Of a stretch of 64,000 nt of DNA, positions 19,836 through 28,564 are shown in pieces. The stretch's first letter is position 1. The number at the start of each line of letters is the position of its first letter. The position numbers were made by a program, and so were the translations under genes. Below the pieces are notes generated by a model, which worked only from the letters and a program-made list of their open reading frames with translations, made no database searches and had not been told where the DNA came from. The DNA is from Spirochaetia bacterium (GTDB lineage: Bacteria; Spirochaetota; Spirochaetia; SZUA-6; Bin103). The stretch lies in NCBI GenBank assembly GCA_965208575.1, contig CBDBOV010000004.1, positions 1,280,001 to 1,344,000 of the forward strand. The letters run 5' to 3'.

Positions 19836-20516
19836 TCAGACGCGGTTCAGGTCGACGTGCTTGCCGGTGGTCACGAAGATCACCGACTCGCAGATGTTGG
19901 TGGAATGGTCGCCGACCCGTTCCAGTTGCTTGGCCACGAACAGCAGCGACGACGCCTGCGCAACGTTGCGGGTGTTCTCCATCATGTACGACAGCAGGTC
20001 TCGGAATATGTTCGCGTACACCTCGTCGACCTTGCGGTCGCGTGCGCTCACCTGCTCGGCCATCGCCGCGTCCTGCGACACGAATGCCTGCAGCGAGTCG
20101 CCTACCATGGCGCACACGTCCTCCGCCATCTGCATGATGGCGCCCACGCCGCGCGAGAACTGCTCCGGGGCAAGCCGCTGCGCCACGCTCGCCACGTGTA
20201 CGGCCAGGTCGCCGATGCGTTCGAGTTGCCCGATGACGTTGAGGGTGCCGACGATCTGACGCAGGTCGGTGGCCACCGGCTGCTCGGTCGCCAGCAGCCG
20301 CAGACAGTAGTCGTCGATGTCGTGATGCATCCGGTTAACCTCGGCCTCGTCCCGCAACACCACAACGGCGGCGTTCACGTCATGCCGGCCGAGCGCGTTC
20401 ACTGAGCCGCGGATGGAGCGCTCGACCTGCTGCCCCATGACCAGCAGCGCCCCCCGGAGCTGCTCCATGGAGAGATCGAACTGGCCGCGCAGCGGGGAAG
20501 ACTCGCCGTTAACCAC
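19836..20516 (-). CDS. phoU: Phosphate signalling protein PhoU
   Basis: QPVATDLR, LERIGDLA, LERVGDHSTNICE. Confidence 0.95.
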   Translation of the reverse strand: MVNGESSPLRGQFDLSMEQLRGALLVMGQQVERSIRGSVNALGRHDVNAAVVVLRDEAEVNRMHHDIDDYCLRLLATEQPVATDLRQIVGTLNVIGQLERIGDLAVHVASVAQRLAPEQFSRGVGAIMQMAEDVCAMVGDSLQAFVSQDAAMAEQVSARDRKVDEVYANIFRDLLSYMMENTRNVAQASSLLFVAKQLERVGDHSTNICESVIFVTTGKHVDLNRV

Positions 20517-20522
20517 TCACGG

Positions 20523-21338
20523 TCAACCGAAGCGCCCTGAGATGTAGTCCTCGGTGCGCTTCTCGTCAGGATTGGTAAAGATCCTGCCGGTGGGCCCGTA
20601 CTCGACCAAGTATCCGGCACGGTCCTCGTCCATCATGAAAAACGCAGTATAGTCGGAAACCCGCGCCGCCTGCTGCATGTTGTGGGTCACGATGATAATC
20701 GTATAGTGCGCCGCCAATTCCCGCATCAGGTCCTCGATGCGCAGGGTGGCGATCGGATCCAGCGCCGAGCACGGCTCATCCATCAGGATGATCTCGGGAT
20801 GCACCGCAATCGCCCGCGCAATGCACAGGCGCTGCTGCTGGCCGCCGGACAGGCCGAGCCCGCTGTCGGCCAGTTTGTCCTTCACCTCATCCCACAGCGC
20901 CGCCTTCCGCAGAGCTTTCTCCACCAGCTCATCGATGTTGCCGGTAAGGCCGTTGATGCGTGCGCCCCAGGCGATGTTGTCGTAGATCGACTTCGGGAAC
21001 GGGTTGGGTTTCTGGAACACCATGCCGATGCGGCGCCGCACCTCCACCGGGTCGACGTCCGCATCGTAGATGTTGCGGCCCTGGAAGGTCACCACGCCCT
21101 CGGTGCGCGCGGTCGGCACCAGCTCGTTCATGCGGTTCATCGAACGCAGCACGGTCGACTTGCCGCAGCCGGAAGGCCCGATCAGGGCCGTGATGCGCCG
21201 TGTTCCGAAGTTCATCGAAATGTCGCGCACCGCCTGGAACGCACCGTAGTAGACGTTCAGCCCGGTCACCGAAACGGCACTGGAATCGGCAACCGGCACC
21301 GGAAGATCCGCCGCATGCGTGTTCATTTGCGTCGCCAC
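20523..21338 (-). CDS. pstB: Phosphate ABC transporter ATPase
   Basis: [44 protein letters not shown]. Confidence 0.96.
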   Translation of the reverse strand: MATQMNTHAADLPVPVADSSAVSVTGLNVYYGAFQAVRDISMNFGTRRITALIGPSGCGKSTVLRSMNRMNELVPTARTEGVVTFQGRNIYDADVDPVEVRRRIGMVFQKPNPFPKSIYDNIAWGARINGLTGNIDELVEKALRKAALWDEVKDKLADSGLGLSGGQQQRLCIARAIAVHPEIILMDEPCSALDPIATLRIEDLMRELAAHYTIIIVTHNMQQAARVSDYTAFFMMDEDRAGYLVEYGPTGRIFTNPDEKRTEDYISGRFG

Positions 21339-21423
21339 GGCCTACTCCCCGCCCGCATGGGCACCCCCGCCGGCAACGGTACCGGAAGATCCGCCGCATG
21401 CGTGTTCATTTGCGTCGCCACGG
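21298..21423. repeat. Exact 43-bp direct duplication of the pstB 5' end
   Basis: 21298-21340 is identical to 21381-21423. Confidence 0.9.
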
Positions 21424-21458
21424 TGCGGTTCACTCCTCGTGCGCCCGGTACCGCCGGC

Positions 21459-22688
21459 TCATGCGGTTACCTGCTTCTTGGCGTGGTAGTTGCGCAACAG
21501 GATCGCGGTCGCGTTCAGCGTCAGCAGCAGCACCAGCAGCACCAGGATCGCCGCCGCCGCGGCGTTGCGGAACTCCGCCTGCGGGCGCGCCGTCCACTGA
21601 TATATCTGGATCGGCAGGGTGGTGAACTTGGAGAACGGTCCGCTCGGATCGAGGGTCACCAGCGTGGACGCACCCACCACCACCATCGGCGCCGTTTCGC
21701 CGATGGCGCGCGAGGTGGCCAGGATCGTCCCGGTCAGGATGCGGTCGAATGAACTGGGCAGCACGTGGTGGCGGATGGTCTGCCACTTGGTGGCGCCGAG
21801 CCCGTAGCTCGACTGGCGCAGACTGTCGGGAACCGCCTTGATCGCCTCCTGGGCGTTGATGATGATCACCGGCAGGATCAGCAGGCCGAGGGTGAGCCCG
21901 GCGGACAGAATCGTCCGGCCGTTAGCGGAACCGTCACCGAGGCCGAGCAGCGCACCGCTGGTGACCGGTTCCATGGCGCGCACGAACACCGTCAGCCCGA
22001 GCATCCCGTAGATGATCGACGGCACCCCCGACAGGTTGTTGATGTTGGTCTGGATGATCCGGTTGAGCCGGTTGTCATGGGCGTACTCCTCCAGGTAGAT
22101 GGCGGCTCCGACGCCGACCGGGAAGGCGAACAGGATGGTGATGAAGATGGTGCCGAGCGACCCCTTGATGGCCGCGCGCACGCCCGCGTCCTCGGGAATG
22201 CTCGACTGCGCGTCGGCGATGAACGATCCGGTGAGCCAGGAGCGGAACACCAGCCGCGCGTTCGGAAACCGCCGCATCGCCTCCTCGACCACCGCCCGGC
22301 GGCGCAACAGCGAGTCCCACAGCGACCACGCCTGCACCACGGACGGGTCCACCACCCGCTCCACCACCAGCCCGTAGATCTCGTCCCGGCTGCGCTCGGC
22401 CATCGGCTGCTCGCGCTCGAAGCGGCGCATCAGGCCGCGCGACACGTGGTCGGCGAGCACGGCGGTCAACGCCGCCCCGTCCATCCGCTCCAGCGGCACG
22501 CCGTCGCGCGCCAGCTCCGCCGGGTCTATGGCGTTCTCGATCGCCACCAGGCCGAACGCGCGGTTGACGATGGTCAGCAGCAGCGCCGTCAGCATCACGA
22601 TTGCCACGGCGGTGGCCAGGTGGAACACCAGGCGCCACACCAGGCCGGCGCGGTGGCGCGCCGGCAGGTTGGCCGACATGCTGTTCAA
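21459..22688 (-). CDS. pstA: Phosphate ABC transporter permease PstA
   Basis: AAIYLEEY, NLSGVPSIIYGMLG, SRAIGETAP. Confidence 0.94.
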   Translation of the reverse strand: MNSMSANLPARHRAGLVWRLVFHLATAVAIVMLTALLLTIVNRAFGLVAIENAIDPAELARDGVPLERMDGAALTAVLADHVSRGLMRRFEREQPMAERSRDEIYGLVVERVVDPSVVQAWSLWDSLLRRRAVVEEAMRRFPNARLVFRSWLTGSFIADAQSSIPEDAGVRAAIKGSLGTIFITILFAFPVGVGAAIYLEEYAHDNRLNRIIQTNINNLSGVPSIIYGMLGLTVFVRAMEPVTSGALLGLGDGSANGRTILSAGLTLGLLILPVIIINAQEAIKAVPDSLRQSSYGLGATKWQTIRHHVLPSSFDRILTGTILATSRAIGETAPMVVVGASTLVTLDPSGPFSKFTTLPIQIYQWTARPQAEFRNAAAAAILVLLVLLLTLNATAILLRNYHAKKQVTA

Positions 22689-23695
22689 TCGTATACCTCG
22701 CGGAAGCGCACCACGATGCGCCGGCTCAGCATGTTCAGCGCGAGGGTGATGAAGAACAGCATCATGCCAATTGCATAGATGCTGTTGTAGTCGATCGACT
22801 GGTAGCTCAGGTCGCCGCCGCTGATGCGCACGATGTGGCCGGTCATGGTCTCGGCGGCGTGGAACGGGTTGAACGTGAACGCGGAACCGGCGCCGGCGGC
22901 GAGGGCAACCACCATCGTCTCGCCGACGGCGCGCGACAGGCCGATGATGAACGCCGCGGCGATGCCGGAGAATGCCGCCGGCACCACGATCCGTACCGAG
23001 GTTTCCAGCCGCGTGGCGCCCAGGCCCAGCGCCGCCTGGCGCAACGAGTCGGGCACCGCCGACAGCGCGTCCTCTGCCATCGAGGAGATCAGCGGCAGAA
23101 TCAGAATGCCGATCACGATGCCCGCCGAAGCGGTGTTGTAGATCTGCACCACGTTGTCCCCGAATACGCCGCGCAGCAACGGGGTCATGAAGGTGAGGGC
23201 AAAGTAGCCGTACACCACGGTCGGAATCCCGGCCAGCACCTCCAGGATCGGCTTGAGGAGCGCGCGCGTGCGCGGCGCGGCGTACTCACTGAGGTAAATC
23301 GCCACGCTCATACCGATCGGCACCGCCACCAGCATCGCCGTCAAGCTGGTCATCAAGGTGGCGTTGACGAGCGGCAGAATCCCGAACTTGCCGATCGCCG
23401 GCTGCCACTCGGTGGTGGTGAAGAACATCCACAGGTTGACCGCGTCGTTGCGGAAGAACAGGATCGACTCGCGCCCGAGCACCACCACGATGCCGACGGT
23501 CACCAGGATCGACACCGCTCCGCACACGAACAACAGCCCCTGAATCACGCTCTCGCCGGGCCGCGGGCGGCGGGTCAGGGCGCGGTTTTCCTGGCGAGCG
23601 TACGAACCGGCGGCCGCCACGTCGGAGGCTGGCAGGTCGGAGGCGGGCGTTACGCTTCCGACGGTCGACAAGCGTTCATCCTTCTTGATGGGCAC
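22685..23695 (-). CDS. pstC: Phosphate ABC transporter permease PstC
   Basis: AIYLSEYA, LAGIPTVVYG, SRAVGETM; start codon uncertain. Confidence 0.94.
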   Translation of the reverse strand: MPIKKDERLSTVGSVTPASDLPASDVAAAGSYARQENRALTRRPRPGESVIQGLLFVCGAVSILVTVGIVVVLGRESILFFRNDAVNLWMFFTTTEWQPAIGKFGILPLVNATLMTSLTAMLVAVPIGMSVAIYLSEYAAPRTRALLKPILEVLAGIPTVVYGYFALTFMTPLLRGVFGDNVVQIYNTASAGIVIGILILPLISSMAEDALSAVPDSLRQAALGLGATRLETSVRIVVPAAFSGIAAAFIIGLSRAVGETMVVALAAGAGSAFTFNPFHAAETMTGHIVRISGGDLSYQSIDYNSIYAIGMMLFFITLALNMLSRRIVVRFREVYD

Positions 23696-23768
23696 AATGC
23701 CGCGGGATTGTTAGCGTCGTGTGAGCAGGGGGCCAGGAAAATATGAATGCCGGCCGGCGGCGTGCCGG

Positions 23769-24536
23769 TCAGGCGCCGCGCAGGGCTTCGCGGTACAGTG
23801 CCTCGCGCCGCTTGAGGAAATCGAACGGGATGTCGTACGCGCGCTCGAGCTGCTCGCGATTGTGCAGTTCCCCGGTGGGTCCGATCAGCGGCGGCTGACC
23901 CTGGCGGAACAGCGCCACGTAGTCGGAGAATTGCGCCGACAGCTCCAGCTCGTGCACCGAGTAGTACCAGCTCAGCCGCTCCCGGTGGGCGTACTCGTAG
24001 AGATACCCCATCACCCTGCGCTTCTGCTGTTCTTCCAGGGCGAACACCGGCTCGTCCATCATCAACACGCGGGAGCCGTACAGCAGGCAGAATGCCAGCA
24101 GGGTGCGCTGCAGCTCGCCCTTGCTCACCTCCTGAGTACGCTTGTGGAGCACGTCGCGCAACTCGAACGCGTCCACCAACTCGCGCACGAACTCTTCGCT
24201 GTGCTGCTCGTGGTACCCGGTACGGTACACGTACATGATCAGGTTGCCGATCGACTCCTCGGTTTCGAACTCCATGTTCTGGTGGATCAACGACACGTGG
24301 CGCTGCCGCGTGTGCGCGTCGCGCAACTGGCGCGTGTCCACGCCGCGCAGCAGCACGGTGCCGGCGCTCGGCACCGCAATGCCGCTGGCCAGCAGCATGA
24401 AGGTGGACTTGCCGGTGCCGTTCTGCCCCACCAGGGCGGTCACGCCCGCCGGCAGCCGCGCCGACAGGTCGTGGAACACCAGCTCGGTGCCCTCCGGGTA
24501 CGCGTAGCTGACGCCGCACAGTTCGACCGCATGCAT
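23769..24536 (-). CDS. ABC ATP-binding protein with no cognate permease nearby
   Basis: Walker A GQNGTGKS, signature VSKGE, Walker B LMMDEP, H-switch SVHE. Confidence 0.85.
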   Translation of the reverse strand: MHAVELCGVSYAYPEGTELVFHDLSARLPAGVTALVGQNGTGKSTFMLLASGIAVPSAGTVLLRGVDTRQLRDAHTRQRHVSLIHQNMEFETEESIGNLIMYVYRTGYHEQHSEEFVRELVDAFELRDVLHKRTQEVSKGELQRTLLAFCLLYGSRVLMMDEPVFALEEQQKRRVMGYLYEYAHRERLSWYYSVHELELSAQFSDYVALFRQGQPPLIGPTGELHNREQLERAYDIPFDFLKRREALYREALRGA

Positions 24537-24705
24537 CGCGCCGCCATTCTGACCGGCCCGGCGGGCCTTGGCCAGTGGGCGCATTGACTCATCGAAAATC
24601 TAACCGTAGCGAAAGCATGCCTCATCTAAAAATCTAACCGAACGGGCTGGACCTTCCGGGTCCGGTTGGAGCCTCTCCGAGGGACGTGAGGAGGTTCCGG
24701 AGGAG

Positions 24706-25980
24706 ATGGGGTTGAAGATGAGTTCAAGGCGAGAGCTCACCGAGCAGCACGCGCAGCGGTATCGTCGGGCGGGCAAGAAGGAGAAGGGGCGCATACTCGA
24801 CGAGTTCGTCGAGTCGACCGGGTACCAGCGCAAGTACGCGATCCATCTGTTGACCTGGTGGGGACGGACCCGCATGGTGCGAGTCGACGGCACACTGGTG
24901 AAGCTGGTGGTCGGGCGTCCGCGGCCTGCCCAGCGCCGCGTGCGACCGCGGCGCTACGACCAGGAGGTGCTGGTCGCTCTGAAGCTGATCTGGTACGTGT
25001 TCGACTGCATGTGCGGCAAGCGCCTGGTGGTCGTGCTGCGCACCATGCTGCCGACGCTGGAGTCGTTCGGCGAGATCGAGCTGACCGCAGCGGTGCGCGG
25101 CAAGCTGCAGACCATCAGCGCCGCGACCATCGACCGGCTGCTGCAGCAGGAGCGCGCACGGCTGCGCCTGAAGGGTCGCACGCACACCAAGCCGGGCACC
25201 CTCCTGAAGGATCAGATCGCGATCCGAACCTTCGCTGACTGGGACGAGCAGGAGCCGGGCTTCTTCGAGATCGACTTGGTGGGCCATGAAGGCGGCAACG
25301 CGTCAGGCGACTTCTGCCACACGCTCACCATCACCGACGTTGACACCGGCTGGGTCGACCTGTACGGCGTGCAGAACAAGGCGCAGCGCTGGACCCACGA
25401 GGCGATCGACGCTGCCCGGCAGAGCCTGCCGATCGTGATGCGGGGGATCGACACCGACAACGGCAGCGAGTTCATCAATCATCATTTGCTGCGCTATTGC
25501 GAAGCGCACGGCATCACGTTCACTCGGGGTCGCCCGCATCGCAAGAACGACACCTGCTACGTCGAGCAGAAGAATGGCCACGTGGTGCGACGGGCGGTCG
25601 GCCACCTGCGTTACGACACCGACCGGGAACTGGCTGCCCTCAACGCGATATACCGCCCGCTGTGCCTGCTGGTGAACTTCTTCTATCCCTCGGTGAAGCT
25701 GGTGAAGAAAACCCGCACCGGCAGCAAGGTGCGCCGCATCTATGACGACCCGCAGACGCCGTATCACCGCATGCTGGCCTCCGAGTCGGTGAGCGAGAAG
25801 GTGAAGAACCGCCTCAAGCAGCAGTACGCGACGTTGAATCCGGTCGCCCTCAAGCGCGAGCTGACCAGGTTGACCGAGGATCTGCTGCAGCTGAACGTCA
25901 GCAAGACCGCCAAGGCCGCACCAAGCACGGTGCAAACACCGAGCGAGGAGCGTGGTGGCAGCGGTCGCACGGCAAAATGA
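24706..25980 (+). CDS. Integrase-core (rve) DDE transposase
   Basis: ILDEFVESTGYQRKYAI HTH, PGFFEIDLVGHEG, DTDNGSEFIN, KNDTCYVEQKN. Confidence 0.9.
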   Translation: MGLKMSSRRELTEQHAQRYRRAGKKEKGRILDEFVESTGYQRKYAIHLLTWWGRTRMVRVDGTLVKLVVGRPRPAQRRVRPRRYDQEVLVALKLIWYVFDCMCGKRLVVVLRTMLPTLESFGEIELTAAVRGKLQTISAATIDRLLQQERARLRLKGRTHTKPGTLLKDQIAIRTFADWDEQEPGFFEIDLVGHEGGNASGDFCHTLTITDVDTGWVDLYGVQNKAQRWTHEAIDAARQSLPIVMRGIDTDNGSEFINHHLLRYCEAHGITFTRGRPHRKNDTCYVEQKNGHVVRRAVGHLRYDTDRELAALNAIYRPLCLLVNFFYPSVKLVKKTRTGSKVRRIYDDPQTPYHRMLASESVSEKVKNRLKQQYATLNPVALKRELTRLTEDLLQLNVSKTAKAAPSTVQTPSEERGGSGRTAK

Positions 25981-26040
25981 CCCTCTCAGGCGGGTCTGAC
26001 GGTCGATAATCGGAGAATGGGCGGTCAGCGATGAGAAAAC

Positions 26041-26104
26041 GTCGCCTCAGCCGCGCTGTAAGGCCCCTCCACGACACGAGGTGGTGTCTGGATACCCCCG
26101 TGTC
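26041..26104. repeat. 64-bp direct repeat, copy 1 (copy 2 at 28013-28076)
   Basis: 60/64 identical by eye; the pair brackets the nested transposase remnant. Confidence 0.88.
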
Positions 26105-26144
26105 TATGCATAACCATGCAATTCAGTGCAACTTTATCCGCGAC

Positions 26145-27710
26145 CGTAAGCCGGGTGGCGGAGTCCCGGTGCCGTCCCTGCAGTGCCTCGGCGAGGCGAT
26201 TGCGGACCGCTGCCAGCCGGCTGCGTACCCGCCTGATGCTCTTTTCCAGGGCCCGGCGCACCGGTTCACGACCCGTGCGTCGGGCTCCGGCGGCGCAAGG
26301 TCATGGCTCGGCAGCGCGTCAAGGTTGAACTGCTCGCGCAGGTACTTGAAGAAGTTCTCCTGCGACCAGCGCGAGAACATGGCGCCGGCGACCTGCGCCA
26401 ACGGCATCTGCGGGTGCGTGGTGATCACCGCCACCTGACGACCGTTGGCCAGACGCCGCCGGATCTGGCGCACCACCAGCCCGTTGCGCAGCATGATCGG
26501 CTGCTCGGCCAGATCAACCGCAGTCGTGCTGGTGCCGGCGGGACCATGGATCGGTACCTCGAAGGTGTGGAAGTCTTCCGGCAGCCAGTCCGCGCCGTTG
26601 AAGTTCTTGTGCCAGGTGATGCAGGCGATGCCACGCCGGGCCAGGCGCTTGAACAGGTCCGGGCTCCAGCCCTCGCGGTCGAACACCAGGGTCAGCTGCG
26701 GGGTACCGGCCGGTGCTCCGGTCAGGTCGGGGGCCGCTTCGGTCACCACCCCCAGGTGCTGCAACTGCGGCACCACGTCGTGCTTGATCGCATTCACCGG
26801 CTTCGGGTCCAGCGCCTTGTGCAGGCACAGCAGCGGTGCGCCGCCGAGGGCGTTGATCCAGTAGCTCACCGACGCCGGCAGACACAGCTTCTGGCGTGCG
26901 ACGAAGTGTTTCGGCAACCGCCCGTTGCGCCCGGTGTACACCTTCACGTGGCCATCCACGGCCAGCGTCGTCCAGTCGTCGTCGTGCTCGCTGGCCCAGG
27001 TACGCGCCAGTACCGATTGCCAATCGCGCACGGTGTGCTCGGCGCTGGCCAGCAGCCTGATCTTGCGGCGCAGCGTCTTGGTCTCCGGACAGCGGTCGAG
27101 GCCGAGGATGGCGCCCCACTCGCCGGGTGCCTGGTAGCGCAGGCTCTCGGGGTTGCGCACCCGGGCCAGGGTCATGCAGGCGACGAACAGGAGGATGGTG
27201 GTCAGGCCGTAGAATCCGGCCGGCAGGCGGAACAGGCGGTTGGCGGCGGTGAGCAGGCCCTCGCGCAGCAGCATCGCCAGTGCGGCCAGCACGCCGCCGC
27301 CAGCGACCGCGTGGGCGGGCTCGACGAACGCTGGTGTGGCCTCGGTCAGCAGGCCGGCTCTGGCGAGCGTGCGGCGTTCCACGTCGCGCGCCGCGCGGCC
27401 CATGGGCGCGTGCTTGTCGCGGGCGTCGCGGCTGGCGCGCTCAGTGGCGACCGCCGGGTCGCTGACCGCGGCGGCGGTGCTGACCGGGTGATCAGTGGTG
27501 GTGGCCGCCGGCGCAACCTCGGCGCTGGCGGCGGGCTCCCGGGTGGGATCTGTGATGACGCCGGCGCGGCGGTTCTCGTTGAAGGTGCTCACCGGGATGC
27601 CGAGTTCGCGAGCGCAGGCTGAGCCGCTCATCCCGGAAGCGAGCAGCTTGGCTGCCTGGTCCGCCATCTCGGCGTCGTCCACGGTGGCCTCCACGGCACC
27701 GCGCCGGCTG
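26145..27710 (-). pseudogene. Truncated and frameshifted DDE (IS4-superfamily-like) transposase remnant
   Basis: LAVDGHVKVYTG, LVFDREGWS and FSRWSQENFFKY; frameshift near 26262 (VVN|PVRRALEK); no credible start, and the C-terminus runs into unrelated sequence. Confidence 0.75.
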
Positions 27711-28012
27711 ACTCCGGTCGGGCTACGCCCTCCGTCCGTCAGCGGGGTACAGCATCTCCTCCGCCCCGTTCGATCCCGACGGCTCCGGTGTCGCAACCTC
27801 GTCGCCTACCCCGTCCCGGCGGTGGGGAATTGTCATGACCCTGCCCCGGGCAACGCACCTCGGTGCAGTTGTCCGGGGCGCCTCGCTCCGTGCGCTCCGC
27901 AGCAACCTGCGCGCCGCTCGCGGCGTGGGCGGCATCACCCGGCTCGGCAAATGACTTCTGAGCGTCTCTGACGCCCGTATATCCGTGAGCCAGACGGTCG
28001 GCGTCAAGAAAT

Positions 28013-28076
28013 GTCGCCTCAGCCGCGCTGTAAGGCCTCTCCGCGACACGAGGTGGTGTCTGGACATCCCCGTGTC
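28013..28076. repeat. 64-bp direct repeat, copy 2
   Basis: Matches 26041-26104. Confidence 0.88.
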
Positions 28077-28528
28077 ACCAGCACCGAAGTCGCCTCCAGA
28101 CCCGTCCGCCCCCTCTTCGGTCAGCGACACGACACGGCACCGACCACCTCCCTGCCGTTGACGCCTCCTCATCCGCGCCGACCAACCAGATACGCCCCCG
28201 GTCGCGTTGGTGTGCTTGAATCAACCCGGCCGGTCGCCCAGCAGCCTATCCACTTATCCACAATTTATGAGTCTCCCCCCTCGCGCTCCCCCCTCGTTCT
28301 CCGCCTCCCTTTCGGTTAGATTCTTACGTGAGGCACGCTCACCGTAAGGTTAGATTTTTACGTGAGGCAATAGGGTGGGCACGGCCCGGCAGGCCCGGCA
28401 GCGCCTGGTCAGCAGCCCGGCAGCCAGGTTCGCCTGCGAACCACGAACGCGGTGTCCTTTGACGGCCCGGCCCAGGGAAGTGGGGGGCCCGAGACGCGAC
28501 CCGGACCCGGCGAGCGCGGTGCGGGCGT

Positions 28529-28558
28529 TTGACCAGCGCCCGGCGGCACCGGTATCGT
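28529..28558 (+). promoter_or_regulatory. Sigma70-type promoter (leaderless geometry) for the helicase gene
   Basis: TTGACC-18 nt-TATCGT, then 6 nt to the in-frame GTG at 28565. Confidence 0.6.
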
Positions 28559-28564
28559 GCGCGC

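Larger units (their letters stand above)
24581..28374 (+). mobile_element. rve-domain (IS481/ISNCY-like) element carrying internal cargo
   Basis: Left end has two TG(A/C)CTCA..AAAATCTAACC repeats (24583-24640); right end has two inverted copies GGTTAGATT(C/T)TTACGTGAGGCA (28315-28371). GTGGGC flanks both sides (24575-24580 and 28375-28380). Confidence 0.8.

Noticed and set aside
27711-27850. Possible end fragments of further IS elements (GGCTACGCCCTCC, GGGGAATTGTCA; also 26105-26144)
   Set aside because: Only a resemblance to IS-end sequences; no partner repeat or matching transposase found.
28381-28528. GC-rich structured stretch before the helicase gene (and 11553-11782) as ncRNA
   Set aside because: No SRP, 6S, RNase P or riboswitch signature recognised; pairing is expected at this GC content.
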